From assembly GCA_017416735.1 (NCBI GenBank), contig JAFQBF010000010.1, positions 888-64,887 of the forward strand: a DNA stretch of 64,000 nt, written 5' to 3'. This stretch comes from Bacteroidaceae bacterium. Its GTDB lineage: Bacteria > Bacteroidota > Bacteroidia > Bacteroidales > Bacteroidaceae. How positions within the stretch are numbered: the first letter of the stretch is position 1; each line of letters begins with the position of its first letter. The translations under genes and the position numbers were made by a program. The notes beneath the pieces are model-generated. The model ran no database searches and was not told the DNA's origin. It saw only the letters and a list, made by a program, of their open reading frames with translations. Positions 47,545-58,417 of the stretch are shown here, one piece after another.

Positions 47545-50031
47545 ATGAGCAAGAAGAACAAAAACGAGGATTTTTATATGGATTCAGAAAACGAACAAAT
47601 ATCGATGATAGCCGAAATCTCGACTGAGGTAGAGGACGAATCGACCCTGAAACTGGAATATGACAAGGAGATACCCGTGTTGGCGCTTCGCAACATGGTG
47701 ATGTTTCCGCATGTAGTGATGCCAGTGACCATCGGACGGAACAGTTCGTTGAAACTGGTGAATGCTGCCTTCAAGAAGAAATTACCCATTGCACTGGTTT
47801 GCCAGCTTTCGGCAGAAGTGGATGACCCCGGTTATCAGGACCTGTTCCATATAGGCGTAATAGCCCGTGTGCTCCGTGTGTTTGAAATGCCAGGAGGAAA
47901 CACGACAGCCATCATGCAATCGTCCGGCCCCAAGATTCACCTGGACAACATCGTCCGTACACTGCCCTATATGAAGGGAATGGTGACTCCGCTGGAAGAA
48001 GAAGACGTGGATGAACATTCCGACGAATTCAAGGCGCTGACTGAAAGCTGCAAGGAACAGGCCAACAAGTTCGTCGAAAAATCGGAACGTTTGGCACCGG
48101 ACACCGCATTCGCCATCAAGAATCTGGATCATCCGATGATTTTAGTCAACTTTATCTGCGCCAACTTCCCTTTCAATGCGGATGAAAAGGTGCAGCTCCT
48201 GAGATACAACAACCTGAAAGACCGGATGTACCGGTTGATACAGATACTGAACCGGGAAGTACGTTTGGCCGACATCAAGCAGGCCATCCAGATACGTACA
48301 CGGGAGGATATAGACCGCCAACAACGTGATTACTTCTTGCATCAGCAAATAAAGAACATACAGGAAGAGTTAGGTGACGGACAAGACAACGATATAGATG
48401 AGCTGCGTGCCAAGGGCGCCCGGATGAACTGGCCCAAGGAAGTGGCAGACGTGTTCGAAAAGGAAGTGACCAAGCTGGAACGCATCAATCCGCAGGCTCC
48501 TGATTACAGTGTTCAGCTGACTTACCTGCAAACGATGTTGGCTCTGCCATGGGGAATCTATACGGAAGACAACCTGAGCATAGCCAATGCAGAAAAGACC
48601 TTGAACAAGGATCATTACGGTCTGGAAAAGGTAAAGGAACGCATTCTGGAACATTTGGCGGTACTGAAGCTGAAAGACGACATGAAGTCGCCCATCGTCT
48701 GCCTGTATGGTCCTCCGGGGGTGGGAAAGACTTCATTAGGACGTTCGATTGCCGCTGCCCTGAAACGCAAATACGTGCGGATGTCGTTGGGAGGAGTACA
48801 CGATGAAGCGGAAATACGCGGACACCGCAAGACCTACATCGGTGCCATGCCGGGACGCATCGTGAAGAGCTTGATTAAAGCGGAAGCTTCGAATCCCGTA
48901 ATTATCCTGGACGAGATAGACAAACTGGGAAGTGACCACCGGGGTGACCCGAGCTCGGCCATGCTGGAAGTACTGGATCCGGAACAGAACCATAGCTTCC
49001 ACGACAATTATCTGGATGTGGATTATGACCTCTCGAAGGTGATGTTCATCGCTACAGCCAACAATTTGGGAAGCATCCCTCCTGCCTTGTTGGACCGTAT
49101 GGAGCTGATCGAGGTGAGCGGCTACATTACGGAAGAAAAGGTGGAAATAGCCCGCCGGCATCTGGTACCGAAGGAATTGTCGAACAACGGCCTGAAGAAG
49201 GAATATGTGAAATTCTCGAAGGCGGCATTAGAGTATATCGTGGAAAACTATACCCGCGAAAGCGGTGTCCGTGAACTGGAAAAGAAAATCAATAAGGTGA
49301 TGCGCAAGATTGCCTTGGAATTTGCCCGTGACGGATATGAACTGGTACACGACATCAAGCCGGCCGATGTGCGCAAGTACTTGGGGGCACCGGAATACTC
49401 GCGTGACAAGTACCAAGGCAACGAATATGCCGGTGTAGTGACCGGACTGGCCTGGACTGCTGTGGGCGGCGAGATTCTGTTTGTGGAAACCAGCCTGAGC
49501 AAAGGTAAAGGCGGACGCCTGACACTGACCGGCAACTTGGGCGATGTAATGAAGGAATCGGCCATGTTGGCATTGGAATACCTGAAAGCACATACCTGTT
49601 TGTTGGGTATATCGGAAGGGATTTTCGAAAACTGGAACATTCACATCCATGTGCCCGAAGGTGCCATCCCGAAAGACGGTCCGTCGGCTGGTATCACCAT
49701 GGTAACCTCGTTGGCATCGGCCTTGACACAGCGCAAGGTGAAGCAGAACTTGGCCATGACGGGCGAAATTACCCTCCGTGGCAAAGTGCTTCCGGTAGGT
49801 GGTATCAAGGAAAAGATTTTAGCCGCGAAGAGAGCCGGCATCAAGGAAATCATTCTGTGTGAAGAGAACCGCAAGAACATCGAGGAAATACAACCGGTGT
49901 ATCTGAAGGGATTGACTTTCCATTATGTGAACGACATTAAGGAAGTGCTGAACTTAGCCCTGACTGATGAAAAGGTAAGCGGCGCCATCGATTTCAGTGC
50001 GGAAACGAATAAAGAAGAAGTAGTTAAGTAG
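47545..50031 (+). CDS. lon: ATP-dependent Lon protease
   Basis: GPPGVGKT, DEAEIRGHR, PKDGPSAG, GGIKEK. Confidence 0.98.
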   Translation: MSKKNKNEDFYMDSENEQISMIAEISTEVEDESTLKLEYDKEIPVLALRNMVMFPHVVMPVTIGRNSSLKLVNAAFKKKLPIALVCQLSAEVDDPGYQDLFHIGVIARVLRVFEMPGGNTTAIMQSSGPKIHLDNIVRTLPYMKGMVTPLEEEDVDEHSDEFKALTESCKEQANKFVEKSERLAPDTAFAIKNLDHPMILVNFICANFPFNADEKVQLLRYNNLKDRMYRLIQILNREVRLADIKQAIQIRTREDIDRQQRDYFLHQQIKNIQEELGDGQDNDIDELRAKGARMNWPKEVADVFEKEVTKLERINPQAPDYSVQLTYLQTMLALPWGIYTEDNLSIANAEKTLNKDHYGLEKVKERILEHLAVLKLKDDMKSPIVCLYGPPGVGKTSLGRSIAAALKRKYVRMSLGGVHDEAEIRGHRKTYIGAMPGRIVKSLIKAEASNPVIILDEIDKLGSDHRGDPSSAMLEVLDPEQNHSFHDNYLDVDYDLSKVMFIATANNLGSIPPALLDRMELIEVSGYITEEKVEIARRHLVPKELSNNGLKKEYVKFSKAALEYIVENYTRESGVRELEKKINKVMRKIALEFARDGYELVHDIKPADVRKYLGAPEYSRDKYQGNEYAGVVTGLAWTAVGGEILFVETSLSKGKGGRLTLTGNLGDVMKESAMLALEYLKAHTCLLGISEGIFENWNIHIHVPEGAIPKDGPSAGITMVTSLASALTQRKVKQNLAMTGEITLRGKVLPVGGIKEKILAAKRAGIKEIILCEENRKNIEEIQPVYLKGLTFHYVNDIKEVLNLALTDEKVSGAIDFSAETNKEEVVK

Positions 50032-50053
50032 TCAAGTAGTTATAAAAAGAGGT

Positions 50054-51184
50054 ATGACATTTGAATTGCAATATACCGATCCGAAGACGAACGCACGTGC
50101 GGGACTGATTACTACCGACCATGGTCAGATAGAAACCCCTATCTTCATGCCGGTGGGTACATTAGGCACGGTGAAGGGGGTGCATCTGCACGAGTTGAAA
50201 GAGGACATCCAGGCACAAATTATTTTAGGCAACACCTATCACCTGTATTTGCGTCCGGGGCTGGATGTGATAGAACAGGCAGGCGGTCTGCACAAGTTCA
50301 ACGGATTCGACCGTCCGATGCTGACTGACAGCGGCGGGTTTCAGGTCTTTTCTTTGTCGGGCATCCGCAAGATGCGCGAAGAAGGCGTGGAATTCCGTTC
50401 GCACATCGACGGATCGAAACATCTGTTCACTCCGGAACGGGTGATGGACATTGAACGAACCATCGGTGCAGACATTATGATGGCTTTCGACGAATGTACA
50501 CCAGGAACAGCTGACTATAATTATGCCAAAAAGTCGATGGAACTGACACACCGCTGGCTGGACCGATGCCTGAAGCGATTCCATGAAACAGAGCCCAAAT
50601 ATGGATACCATCAGTCACTCTTCCCCATCGTGCAGGGATGCGTATATCCCGACCTGCGCCGGAAGTCGGCAGAATTCATTGCATCGAAGGAAGCGGAAGG
50701 AAATGCCATCGGTGGTTTAGCCGTGGGCGAACCCGCTGAAAAGATGTATGAAATGATTGAGGTAGTGAATGAAATCCTGCCTAAAGACAAGCCCCGTTAC
50801 CTGATGGGCGTCGGTACTCCGGTGAATATCCTGGAAGGCATAGAGCGCGGAGTGGATATGTTTGACTGCGTAATGCCCACACGTAACGGACGAAACGGAA
50901 TGCTGTTTACCAAGAACGGTATCATGAATATGCGCAACAAGAAGTGGGAAAACGACTTCTCGCCCATAGAAGAAGATGGAGCCTCATACGTAGATACAAT
51001 GTACAGCCGTGCATATCTGCGCCACCTTTTCCACGCTCAGGAACTGTTGGCCTTGCAGATAGCCAGTATCCATAACTTAGCCTTCTATTTGTGGTTGGCC
51101 AAAGAAGCGCGAAAACACATCATCGCAGGAGATTTCTCGACCTGGAAACCGATGATGGTGAAACAATTATCTACCAGACTATAA
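50054..51184 (+). CDS. tgt: tRNA guanosine(34) transglycosylase
   Basis: TPIFMPVGT, NTYHL, TDSGGFQ, FDCVMPTRNGR. Confidence 0.97.
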   Translation: MTFELQYTDPKTNARAGLITTDHGQIETPIFMPVGTLGTVKGVHLHELKEDIQAQIILGNTYHLYLRPGLDVIEQAGGLHKFNGFDRPMLTDSGGFQVFSLSGIRKMREEGVEFRSHIDGSKHLFTPERVMDIERTIGADIMMAFDECTPGTADYNYAKKSMELTHRWLDRCLKRFHETEPKYGYHQSLFPIVQGCVYPDLRRKSAEFIASKEAEGNAIGGLAVGEPAEKMYEMIEVVNEILPKDKPRYLMGVGTPVNILEGIERGVDMFDCVMPTRNGRNGMLFTKNGIMNMRNKKWENDFSPIEEDGASYVDTMYSRAYLRHLFHAQELLALQIASIHNLAFYLWLAKEARKHIIAGDFSTWKPMMVKQLSTRL

Positions 51185-51194
51185 ACGAAAAGAA

Positions 51195-52367
51195 ATGTTT
51201 GATTGGTACAAGAAATGGAATGAAAAGAAACCTTCCTTCAAACAGGGAGGGGAACAGTTAGGCAAAAAGCTGAAACTGGACAAGTTTATACGCCGGATTG
51301 ACTGGTATATCATCAAGAAATTCTTAGGGACGTATTTCTTTTCCATCGCCCTGATTATCAGTATTGCCGTTGTTTTTGACATCAACGAAAACATTGACAA
51401 GTTCATCAACAACAAGGCACCGGTTGAAGCCATCATCTTCGATTATTACATGAACTTCATCCCCTACTTCTCGAACCTGTTCAGCCCGCTGTTCGTGTTC
51501 ATTGCTGTGATATTCTTCACATCGAAGTTAGCAGAGAATTCGGAAATCATCGCAATGATGTCCAACGGGATGAGTTTCAGACGACTGCTGCGACCCTATA
51601 TGATTTCGGCTGCCCTCATTGCCGTCATGACATACGGCTTGGGAGCATACGTGATTCCCAAGGGTAACGTGAAACGAGTGAATTTTGAGAACACCTACAA
51701 ACGAAAGAAGAAGGCTGAGTTTGTGCGCAACGTACAAGTGGAGGTGGATAGCGGAGTGATAGCTTATATAGAAAGGTATGAAAACTACAACAAGACCGCC
51801 TACCGCTTCTCGCTGGACAAGTTTGTGGACAGAAAGTTAGTGTCGCACCTGACTGCCCGTACTGCAACCTATGACAGTACCCAAGTACACAAGTGGACAC
51901 TGAAAAACTATATGATCCGTGAACTGGACGGACTGCACGAAACCATCACAAAAGGAGAAAGACTGGACTCCATCATCCCGATGGAACCGCAGGACTTCCT
52001 GATTTCGAAAGGACAACAACAAACCATGACCAGCGCAGAACTGGATGAATACATTGCCAAACAAAAGCGCCGTGGTTTTGCCAATATCAAGGAATTCCAG
52101 ATAGAATATCACCAGCGAATTGCCATGTCATTCGCAGCATTCATCCTGACCATCATCGGAGCTTCTCTCTCTACACGCAAAGTCAAGGGAGGTATGGGGC
52201 TGCATTTAGGGGTAGGTCTGGCGTTGAGTTTCTCGTATATTCTTTTCCAGACGGTGTCGGCTACCTTTGCCGTAAACGGAAGCACCCCGCCTGTAATAGC
52301 CGTGTGGATTCCGAATCTCCTCTATTCGTTCATTGCCGTTTATCTATACAGAAAGGCACCCCGTTAA
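51195..52367 (+). CDS. LptF/LptG family LPS export permease
   Basis: IDWYIIKKFL, SKLAENSEIIAM..G.S..RL, 3+3 TM segments with a periplasmic domain. Confidence 0.9.
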   Translation: MFDWYKKWNEKKPSFKQGGEQLGKKLKLDKFIRRIDWYIIKKFLGTYFFSIALIISIAVVFDINENIDKFINNKAPVEAIIFDYYMNFIPYFSNLFSPLFVFIAVIFFTSKLAENSEIIAMMSNGMSFRRLLRPYMISAALIAVMTYGLGAYVIPKGNVKRVNFENTYKRKKKAEFVRNVQVEVDSGVIAYIERYENYNKTAYRFSLDKFVDRKLVSHLTARTATYDSTQVHKWTLKNYMIRELDGLHETITKGERLDSIIPMEPQDFLISKGQQQTMTSAELDEYIAKQKRRGFANIKEFQIEYHQRIAMSFAAFILTIIGASLSTRKVKGGMGLHLGVGLALSFSYILFQTVSATFAVNGSTPPVIAVWIPNLLYSFIAVYLYRKAPR

Positions 52368-52381
52368 TTGGGGTGCCTTTT
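52352..52381. terminator. Bidirectional terminator
   Basis: AAAGGCACCCC-GTTAATT-GGGGTGCCTTT. Confidence 0.85.
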
Positions 52382-52875
52382 CAATTCAAATAAGAAGCCA
52401 ACTGATTGGCATTGATGTCTTTGGCAATGATGACTCCGTTTCTGTCCAACAGGTAATTCTTGAATCCTTTGTGCAGGCGGTAAGTCTGATAGAGTTCTGA
52501 ATTCTCGCCTTCGGTTTCGACAAAACAATTGGACGTTGAAATCTTGTCTTTCCGGATAGTCGAGTTAAAAACCGACTTGTAATCATCGAAAGAAACGGAA
52601 ACCATTTCTACTTGGTCGTTCTTGCTGACTGCGTGACTCAGAGTGGCGTTGTTCAATCGAGATGGAGCATCATAACTGGCCCAAAAGCTAAGCAATACAT
52701 ACTTGCCTCTCAAATCCTTCAAATCAACCAACTGTCTTTCACCGCAAATCTTGAATTCCGGGGCTCTGTCACCAATGGTCAAACCTTCTGTCGGTGTATC
52801 TTTTCCTACAAACGAATAGAAAAACAACGAAACAGCCAACCAAACAACAAAAACCACACGTACATTTTTAATCAT
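52381..52875 (-). CDS. TlpA/redoxin-fold protein lacking CxxC
   Basis: IGDRAPEF, LRGKYVLLSFWASYD, YLLDRNGVIIAK. Confidence 0.8.
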   Translation of the reverse strand: MIKNVRVVFVVWLAVSLFFYSFVGKDTPTEGLTIGDRAPEFKICGERQLVDLKDLRGKYVLLSFWASYDAPSRLNNATLSHAVSKNDQVEMVSVSFDDYKSVFNSTIRKDKISTSNCFVETEGENSELYQTYRLHKGFKNYLLDRNGVIIAKDINANQLASYLN

Positions 52876-53157
52876 GTAATACGATTTTAGTTAATAATAA
52901 ACCGGGCCGCCTATGCAGGCGGGGCTTTCAACCCGGACTTTTTTTCTGTTATTCCTGAAAGTCAATGCTTTCTACCTCTGAAAACCGCTGCAAAGATAAG
53001 GAATTCTTATTTTACCACCAAATAAAACCATCAAAAAATATGTTTTTTAGCATATTTTTGAGCATTTATTGAAAATTGAAGAGGAAATTATCCGATTTTT
53101 ATGCCGGATTAAAGATTAATTTGCCTACATTTGTATATTGAAACAAAAAACTACATT

Positions 53158-54390
53158 ATGGACGTACATTCAGAGCTTATCCTCATCCGCATTACAGGTC
53201 TGGACCGACCGGGACTGACCGCATCGTTCACGGAAATTCTTTCCGGATATGACGTAACCATCATGGACATTGGCCAAGCCAATATCCACAGTACCCTTTC
53301 CTTAGGGATTCTGTTCAAAAGTCCGAAGGCAGATTCGGGAAACATCATGAAGGAACTGTTGTTCAAAGCTTCAGATTTGGGCGTAAACATCCGTTTCTAT
53401 CCGGTTCCGGTAGAAGAATACGAAGGATGGGTCAATATGCAAGGCAAGGACCGCTACATCCTGACATTGTTGGGACGCAAGCTCTCCGCCAAACAAATAA
53501 CAGCCGTTACCCATATCTTGGCCGGACAAGAATTGAACATTGATGCCATCAAGCGATTGACCGGTCGCCAACCATTGGACGAAAGCAAATTGGGTGTACG
53601 TGCCTGCATTGAATTCTCCTTGAGAGGCACCCCACGAGACCGTGAAGCCATGCAACGTGAACTGATGAAGCTGAGCAGTGAACTGGAGGTAGATTTCTCC
53701 TTCCAGCGTGACAATATGTATCGCCGTATGCGCCGATTGATTTGTTTCGATATGGACTCTACCCTGATCCAAACAGAATGTATCGACGAACTGGCCGAGA
53801 AAGCAGGTGTAGGCGAACAAGTACGTGCCATTACGGAAAGTGCCATGCGTGGAGAAATTGATTTCAAGGAAAGCTTTGCCAAACGGGTAGCCTTGCTGAA
53901 AGGACTGGATATAAGTGTAATGAAGGAAATTGCAGAAAATATGCCCATCACAGAAGGTGTAGAACGCCTGATGTTTGTATTGAAGCGATATGGATACAAG
54001 ATAGCCATCCTTTCCGGTGGTTTTACTTATTTCGGCGAATACTTACAGAAAAAGTTCGGTATAGACTATGTATATGCCAATGAACTGGAAGTGGAAGACG
54101 GGAAATTGACCGGCCGCTACCTTGGCGATGTGGTAGATGGCAAGCGAAAGGCTGAACTGCTGAGACTGATAGCACAGGTGGAAAAGGTAGATATTGCCCA
54201 AACCATTGCCGTGGGTGACGGTGCCAACGATTTGCCGATGCTTTCGTTGGCCGGCTTGGGAATCGCTTTCCATGCCAAACCCAAAGTAAAGGAGAATGCA
54301 CAACAATCCATCAACACCATCGGTCTGGACGGTGTGCTCTATTTCTTGGGCTTCAAGGATTCATACCTGGAAGAACGAGGCAAACTTTAA
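53158..54390 (+). CDS. serB: Phosphoserine phosphatase with ACT domains
   Basis: TGLDRPG, FDMDSTLI, SGGF, GDGAND. Confidence 0.95.
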   Translation: MDVHSELILIRITGLDRPGLTASFTEILSGYDVTIMDIGQANIHSTLSLGILFKSPKADSGNIMKELLFKASDLGVNIRFYPVPVEEYEGWVNMQGKDRYILTLLGRKLSAKQITAVTHILAGQELNIDAIKRLTGRQPLDESKLGVRACIEFSLRGTPRDREAMQRELMKLSSELEVDFSFQRDNMYRRMRRLICFDMDSTLIQTECIDELAEKAGVGEQVRAITESAMRGEIDFKESFAKRVALLKGLDISVMKEIAENMPITEGVERLMFVLKRYGYKIAILSGGFTYFGEYLQKKFGIDYVYANELEVEDGKLTGRYLGDVVDGKRKAELLRLIAQVEKVDIAQTIAVGDGANDLPMLSLAGLGIAFHAKPKVKENAQQSINTIGLDGVLYFLGFKDSYLEERGKL

Positions 54391-54417
54391 TGTATATATA
54401 ATAAGGTAAAAAGAAAC

Positions 54418-55677
54418 ATGAAATTTTCGGAACTGAATCTGGACGAGAGTGTGTTGCAAGCCATCGAGGCGATGAACTTCGAGGAGTGTACTCCCGTTCA
54501 GGAACATACAATACCAGTCATACTGGAAGGCCGTGACCTGATTGGAGTGGCACAAACCGGAACAGGGAAAACTGCAGCCTTCCTGCTGCCTATTTTAAAC
54601 CAACTGAGCAAAGGCGGTTATCCGGAAGATTCCATCAATTGCATTATCATGGCGCCTACCCGTGAACTGGCCCAGCAGATAGACCAACAGATGGAAGGAT
54701 TCTCCTACTTTATGCCGGCATCGAGCGTGGCTGTATATGGAGGAAATGACGGTATCCGATTCGAACAGGAGAAAAGAGGATTGACATTAGGAGCAGATGT
54801 GGTCATTGCCACACCGGGACGACTCATCAGTCACCTGAGTTTAGGATATGTAGATTTGTCGAGAGTGTCATTCTTCATCCTGGACGAAGCAGACCGTATG
54901 TTGGATATGGGATTCTACGATGATATTATGCAAATCGTCAAGTTCCTGCCCAAAGAACGCCAAACCATTATGTTCTCGGCGACTATGCCTGCCAAAATCC
55001 AACAATTGGCACAATCTATCCTGAACAACCCCGTAGAAGTGAAACTGGCGGTTTCGAAGCCTGCGGAAAAGATTATACAAGCTGCCTACGTGTGCTATGA
55101 GCACCAAAAATTAGGCATCATACAATCACTGTTCAAAAATCAGGCACCGGAACGTGTCATTGTCTTTGCTTCGAAAAAATTGAAAGTAAAGGAAGTGGCG
55201 CAAGCTTTCCACCGGATGGGACTGAATGTGGGCGAAATGCATTCGGATCTGGAACAAGCCCAACGTGAACAGATTATGCGGGAATTCAAGAATGGACACG
55301 TGAACATTCTGGTGGCTACCGACATTGTATCAAGAGGTATTGACATAGATGATATCCGTTTGGTTATCAACTACGATGTTCCCAATGACTGCGAAGACTA
55401 TGTACACCGCATCGGACGTACTGCCCGTGCCAACAATGACGGATGTGCCATCACCTTCGTGAGCGAAAAGGAACAGACACCATTCAAAACCATCGAAGAT
55501 TTTTTGGAAAAGACCATTTATAAGATTCCAGTACCCGAAGAATTGGGAGAAGCACCGGCATATAATCCGAAAAAAACTGAAAACAAAAACAAGAGAAAAT
55601 ATACCGGTAAAGGGAAGAAATACAGTGGTAACCGCAATGGAAATCGTAAAAAAAACGGTGGAAACGAGGGAAAATGA
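54418..55677 (+). CDS. DEAD-box RNA helicase
   Basis: AQTGTGKT, PTRELA, DEADRMLD, SAT, HRIGRTAR. Confidence 0.96.
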   Translation: MKFSELNLDESVLQAIEAMNFEECTPVQEHTIPVILEGRDLIGVAQTGTGKTAAFLLPILNQLSKGGYPEDSINCIIMAPTRELAQQIDQQMEGFSYFMPASSVAVYGGNDGIRFEQEKRGLTLGADVVIATPGRLISHLSLGYVDLSRVSFFILDEADRMLDMGFYDDIMQIVKFLPKERQTIMFSATMPAKIQQLAQSILNNPVEVKLAVSKPAEKIIQAAYVCYEHQKLGIIQSLFKNQAPERVIVFASKKLKVKEVAQAFHRMGLNVGEMHSDLEQAQREQIMREFKNGHVNILVATDIVSRGIDIDDIRLVINYDVPNDCEDYVHRIGRTARANNDGCAITFVSEKEQTPFKTIEDFLEKTIYKIPVPEELGEAPAYNPKKTENKNKRKYTGKGKKYSGNRNGNRKKNGGNEGK

Positions 55678-55700
55678 AATAAAAAGGCTATATTTGCATA

Positions 55701-56807
55701 ATGATTGAACTGACCAGACATATCGAAATCCTGTTATTGGAGAATGACTGCGTGATTGTTCCTGAATTAGGAGGATTCATCACACACCATCAACCTGCTC
55801 ATTACGAGGAGGATGAGGGTGTTTATCTCCCTCCTTCAAGAACCGTTGCCTTTAACCCCCAACTGACAATGAATGACGGGTTGCTGGTGCAATCCTTTAT
55901 GCAAGCATACCATCTGGACTACACTGATGCTCTGAGAATGATGAATGAAGAGGTGGACCAGCTGAAGAAAATGCTGTATCAAGAAGGCATTGTGGACATG
56001 GAAGGCATCGGTAAATTGCATTGCAACATTTATGGCACTTATGAATTCCAGCCAAATGCAAACGGTATTTTGGCACCTTCCCTTTATGCTTTGGATGCAT
56101 TCCCTATAACTATGCTTCCGACAGTGTCTGCTATTATACAGGAAACAGAAGATACCGTATCACCGGTATATCCAACCGAGGAAAAGAAAAAAATCATCCG
56201 CTTGAATCCACATTGGTTGAGCAACGCCGTAGCAGTAGCTGTTGCAGTTATCCTTTTCTTTGTTTTGTCCATACCTGTAGAGAACACTTATGTGGATAAA
56301 GGGAACTATGCATCATTGGGAACAGACTGCTTGTTTGATGCCATACGTTCACAATCCATGGCTACCGTAGTTATGGCTACTCAAGAAGAATCGGTCCAGA
56401 AACCTGTAATAACCCCAGTTGCCGTCAAGGTAGAAAAGGTGACAGCCAGTCCTACAAAGACTACAAAAAAAGAAGAGCCGAAAATTGCAGAAAAAGAGGC
56501 AAAGGATATTAAGACTGAGCCCAAAGCCCCCAAAATGGAATCAAAGAAAGCTACTGCCGTACAGAGCAAAAGCAATTCCAAAAAATACCATTTGATTGTA
56601 GCCAGCCTGACAACGCAAGAAGATGCCCAACGGATGCTGAAAACCTATCACAAGCAAGGTTATACCGAGGCCAAAGTGTTGGGAAGCAACGGACGTTTCC
56701 GTATCTCATTGTGTAACTATGCAGAACAGGCTACGGCTACCCGTAAACTGAACGATCTGAAACAGAAGGATGCATTCAAGAATGCGTGGATGCTGACTTC
56801 CAAATAA
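55701..56807 (+). CDS. HU-CCDC81-like/SPOR domain protein
   Basis: HIEILLLENDCVIVPELGGF, FNPQL..NDGLL, TM segment, C-terminal SPOR-like YHLIVAS...NAWML. Confidence 0.85.
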   Translation: MIELTRHIEILLLENDCVIVPELGGFITHHQPAHYEEDEGVYLPPSRTVAFNPQLTMNDGLLVQSFMQAYHLDYTDALRMMNEEVDQLKKMLYQEGIVDMEGIGKLHCNIYGTYEFQPNANGILAPSLYALDAFPITMLPTVSAIIQETEDTVSPVYPTEEKKKIIRLNPHWLSNAVAVAVAVILFFVLSIPVENTYVDKGNYASLGTDCLFDAIRSQSMATVVMATQEESVQKPVITPVAVKVEKVTASPTKTTKKEEPKIAEKEAKDIKTEPKAPKMESKKATAVQSKSNSKKYHLIVASLTTQEDAQRMLKTYHKQGYTEAKVLGSNGRFRISLCNYAEQATATRKLNDLKQKDAFKNAWMLTSK

Positions 56808-56816
56808 TCCTTTTAA

Positions 56817-57344
56817 ATGAAAAGAATACGCTGTCCAAAATGTGACAATTACATCACCTTCGATGAAACCAAATATACAGAAGGACAATCGTTGGTGTTC
56901 ATCTGTGAACATTGCAAGAAGCAATTCAGTATCCGTATCGGAAAAACCAAGCTGAAAGCGACCCGCAAAGAAGAAGTGCTGGACGAACAGGCCAATAGCC
57001 AAGATTACGGAAGTATTGTTGTGGTTGAAAATGTATTCGGTTACAAACAAGTACACCCATTAAAAGAGGGCGACAACGTAATAGGACGTAGAAACAAGGG
57101 AACAGAAGTTGATGTATCCATTGAAACAGCCGACCCGAGTATGGACCGCAAGCACTGTATCATCAATGTGTCACGCAATAAAAAAGGAGCATTGATCTAT
57201 ACCTTGAGAGACAATCAAAGCATTACCGGTACCTTTCTGATGAATGAAGTATTGGGTCCGAAAGACAAGGTACGCATTGAAGAAGGCTCCATCATCACAT
57301 TAGGTGCTACCACCTTAATCCTGCGAGTGGCAGAAACGGATTAA
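56817..57344 (+). CDS. Zn-ribbon plus FHA domain protein
   Basis: CPKC...CEHC; IGRR, SMDRKH, D..S.TGTF.N. Confidence 0.85.
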   Translation: MKRIRCPKCDNYITFDETKYTEGQSLVFICEHCKKQFSIRIGKTKLKATRKEEVLDEQANSQDYGSIVVVENVFGYKQVHPLKEGDNVIGRRNKGTEVDVSIETADPSMDRKHCIINVSRNKKGALIYTLRDNQSITGTFLMNEVLGPKDKVRIEEGSIITLGATTLILRVAETD

Positions 57345-57347
57345 TCT

Positions 57348-57821
57348 ATGGATATATTATTGATAGTCATTGCCATCCTGCTGTTGATTGCAGGTATAGC
57401 CGGTTGTATATTGCCTATATTGCCCGGTCCTCCACTATCGTATGCAGGATTGCTGCTCCTGCATTTCACTGACAAAACAGACTTTTCTACCGCTCATTTG
57501 ATAGGATGGCTGATAACGGTCATCGTACTTCAAGTATTGGATTACATTACTCCCATCATAGGAAGCAAATATGGCGGTGGAAGTGAATTCGGGAACAGAG
57601 GTTGCATAGCAGGTACCCTTATCGGGTTGTTCTTTATGCCATGGGGTATTGTTATGGGGCCATTCTTGGGTGCTGTAGCCGGGGAGTTATTGGGAGGAAG
57701 CGACTTGCCGCATGCTATCCGAGCCGGTATCGGTTCTTTAGTGGGATTCCTATTGGGAACATTGCTGAAAGTCATCGTCTGTTTTTACTTTCTGGTACAA
57801 GGGATTTCAGCCATCGTGTAA
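57348..57821 (+). CDS. DUF456 membrane protein
   Basis: GCILPILPGPPL, KYGGGS, GPFLGAVAGEL. Confidence 0.85.
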   Translation: MDILLIVIAILLLIAGIAGCILPILPGPPLSYAGLLLLHFTDKTDFSTAHLIGWLITVIVLQVLDYITPIIGSKYGGGSEFGNRGCIAGTLIGLFFMPWGIVMGPFLGAVAGELLGGSDLPHAIRAGIGSLVGFLLGTLLKVIVCFYFLVQGISAIV

Positions 57822-57862
57822 AAAAAGAAGTGGTTGTGTGTTTCACAACCACTTCTTTTTTT
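57820..57862. terminator. Bidirectional terminator
   Basis: AAAAAAGAAGTGGTTGTG-TGTTT-CACAACCACTTCTTTTTT. Confidence 0.88.
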
Positions 57863-57868
57863 ATCATT

Positions 57869-58312
57869 TTAGAACTTATAGCTGATTCCCAAAGTAAAGA
57901 AAGAATCATCAAAATCGTTTACCCATTGGTATTTAGCCTCCACAAAAGCAGCCCATTGGGAATTGATGTTGTAACGGGCTCCACCACCCAAATTCACCCC
58001 AATCTTGTTGTAGTCATCACCGATTTCTGCTGAAGCATGAAACCAAGCCAAACCTACCAACGGATAAAGAGTCCAGTTCTGATCCAAATCGAAATTGTAG
58101 TGGAAGTCACCATCTAATGTGAAAACAGTACCGTCTGTGAAATAATAATTAAAGTTAGGAGCAAAATCAATCTTGTCAAATACAGGCATGGTCAATCCTG
58201 CACCAATACCAAAATCACCACGAAGGTTTGCCTTCACTTCTACTGATTTGATTTGTGCCATTGCCGACATAGTCATCAGGCACATTACTGCCATTAATAA
58301 AATCTTCTTCAT
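57869..58312 (-). CDS. Small outer-membrane beta-barrel protein
   Basis: Signal peptide, amphipathic strands, C-terminal ISYKF. Confidence 0.82.
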   Translation of the reverse strand: MKKILLMAVMCLMTMSAMAQIKSVEVKANLRGDFGIGAGLTMPVFDKIDFAPNFNYYFTDGTVFTLDGDFHYNFDLDQNWTLYPLVGLAWFHASAEIGDDYNKIGVNLGGGARYNINSQWAAFVEAKYQWVNDFDDSFFTLGISYKF

Positions 58313-58417
58313 AAATTCGTTTTAATTAGTTTATGTTACGGAAACAAAATTAATAAAATAGTTCCATAATATAGCTATAAGGCAGTTAAAAATCACAAAT
58401 AACAGAGAAAAAGAATA

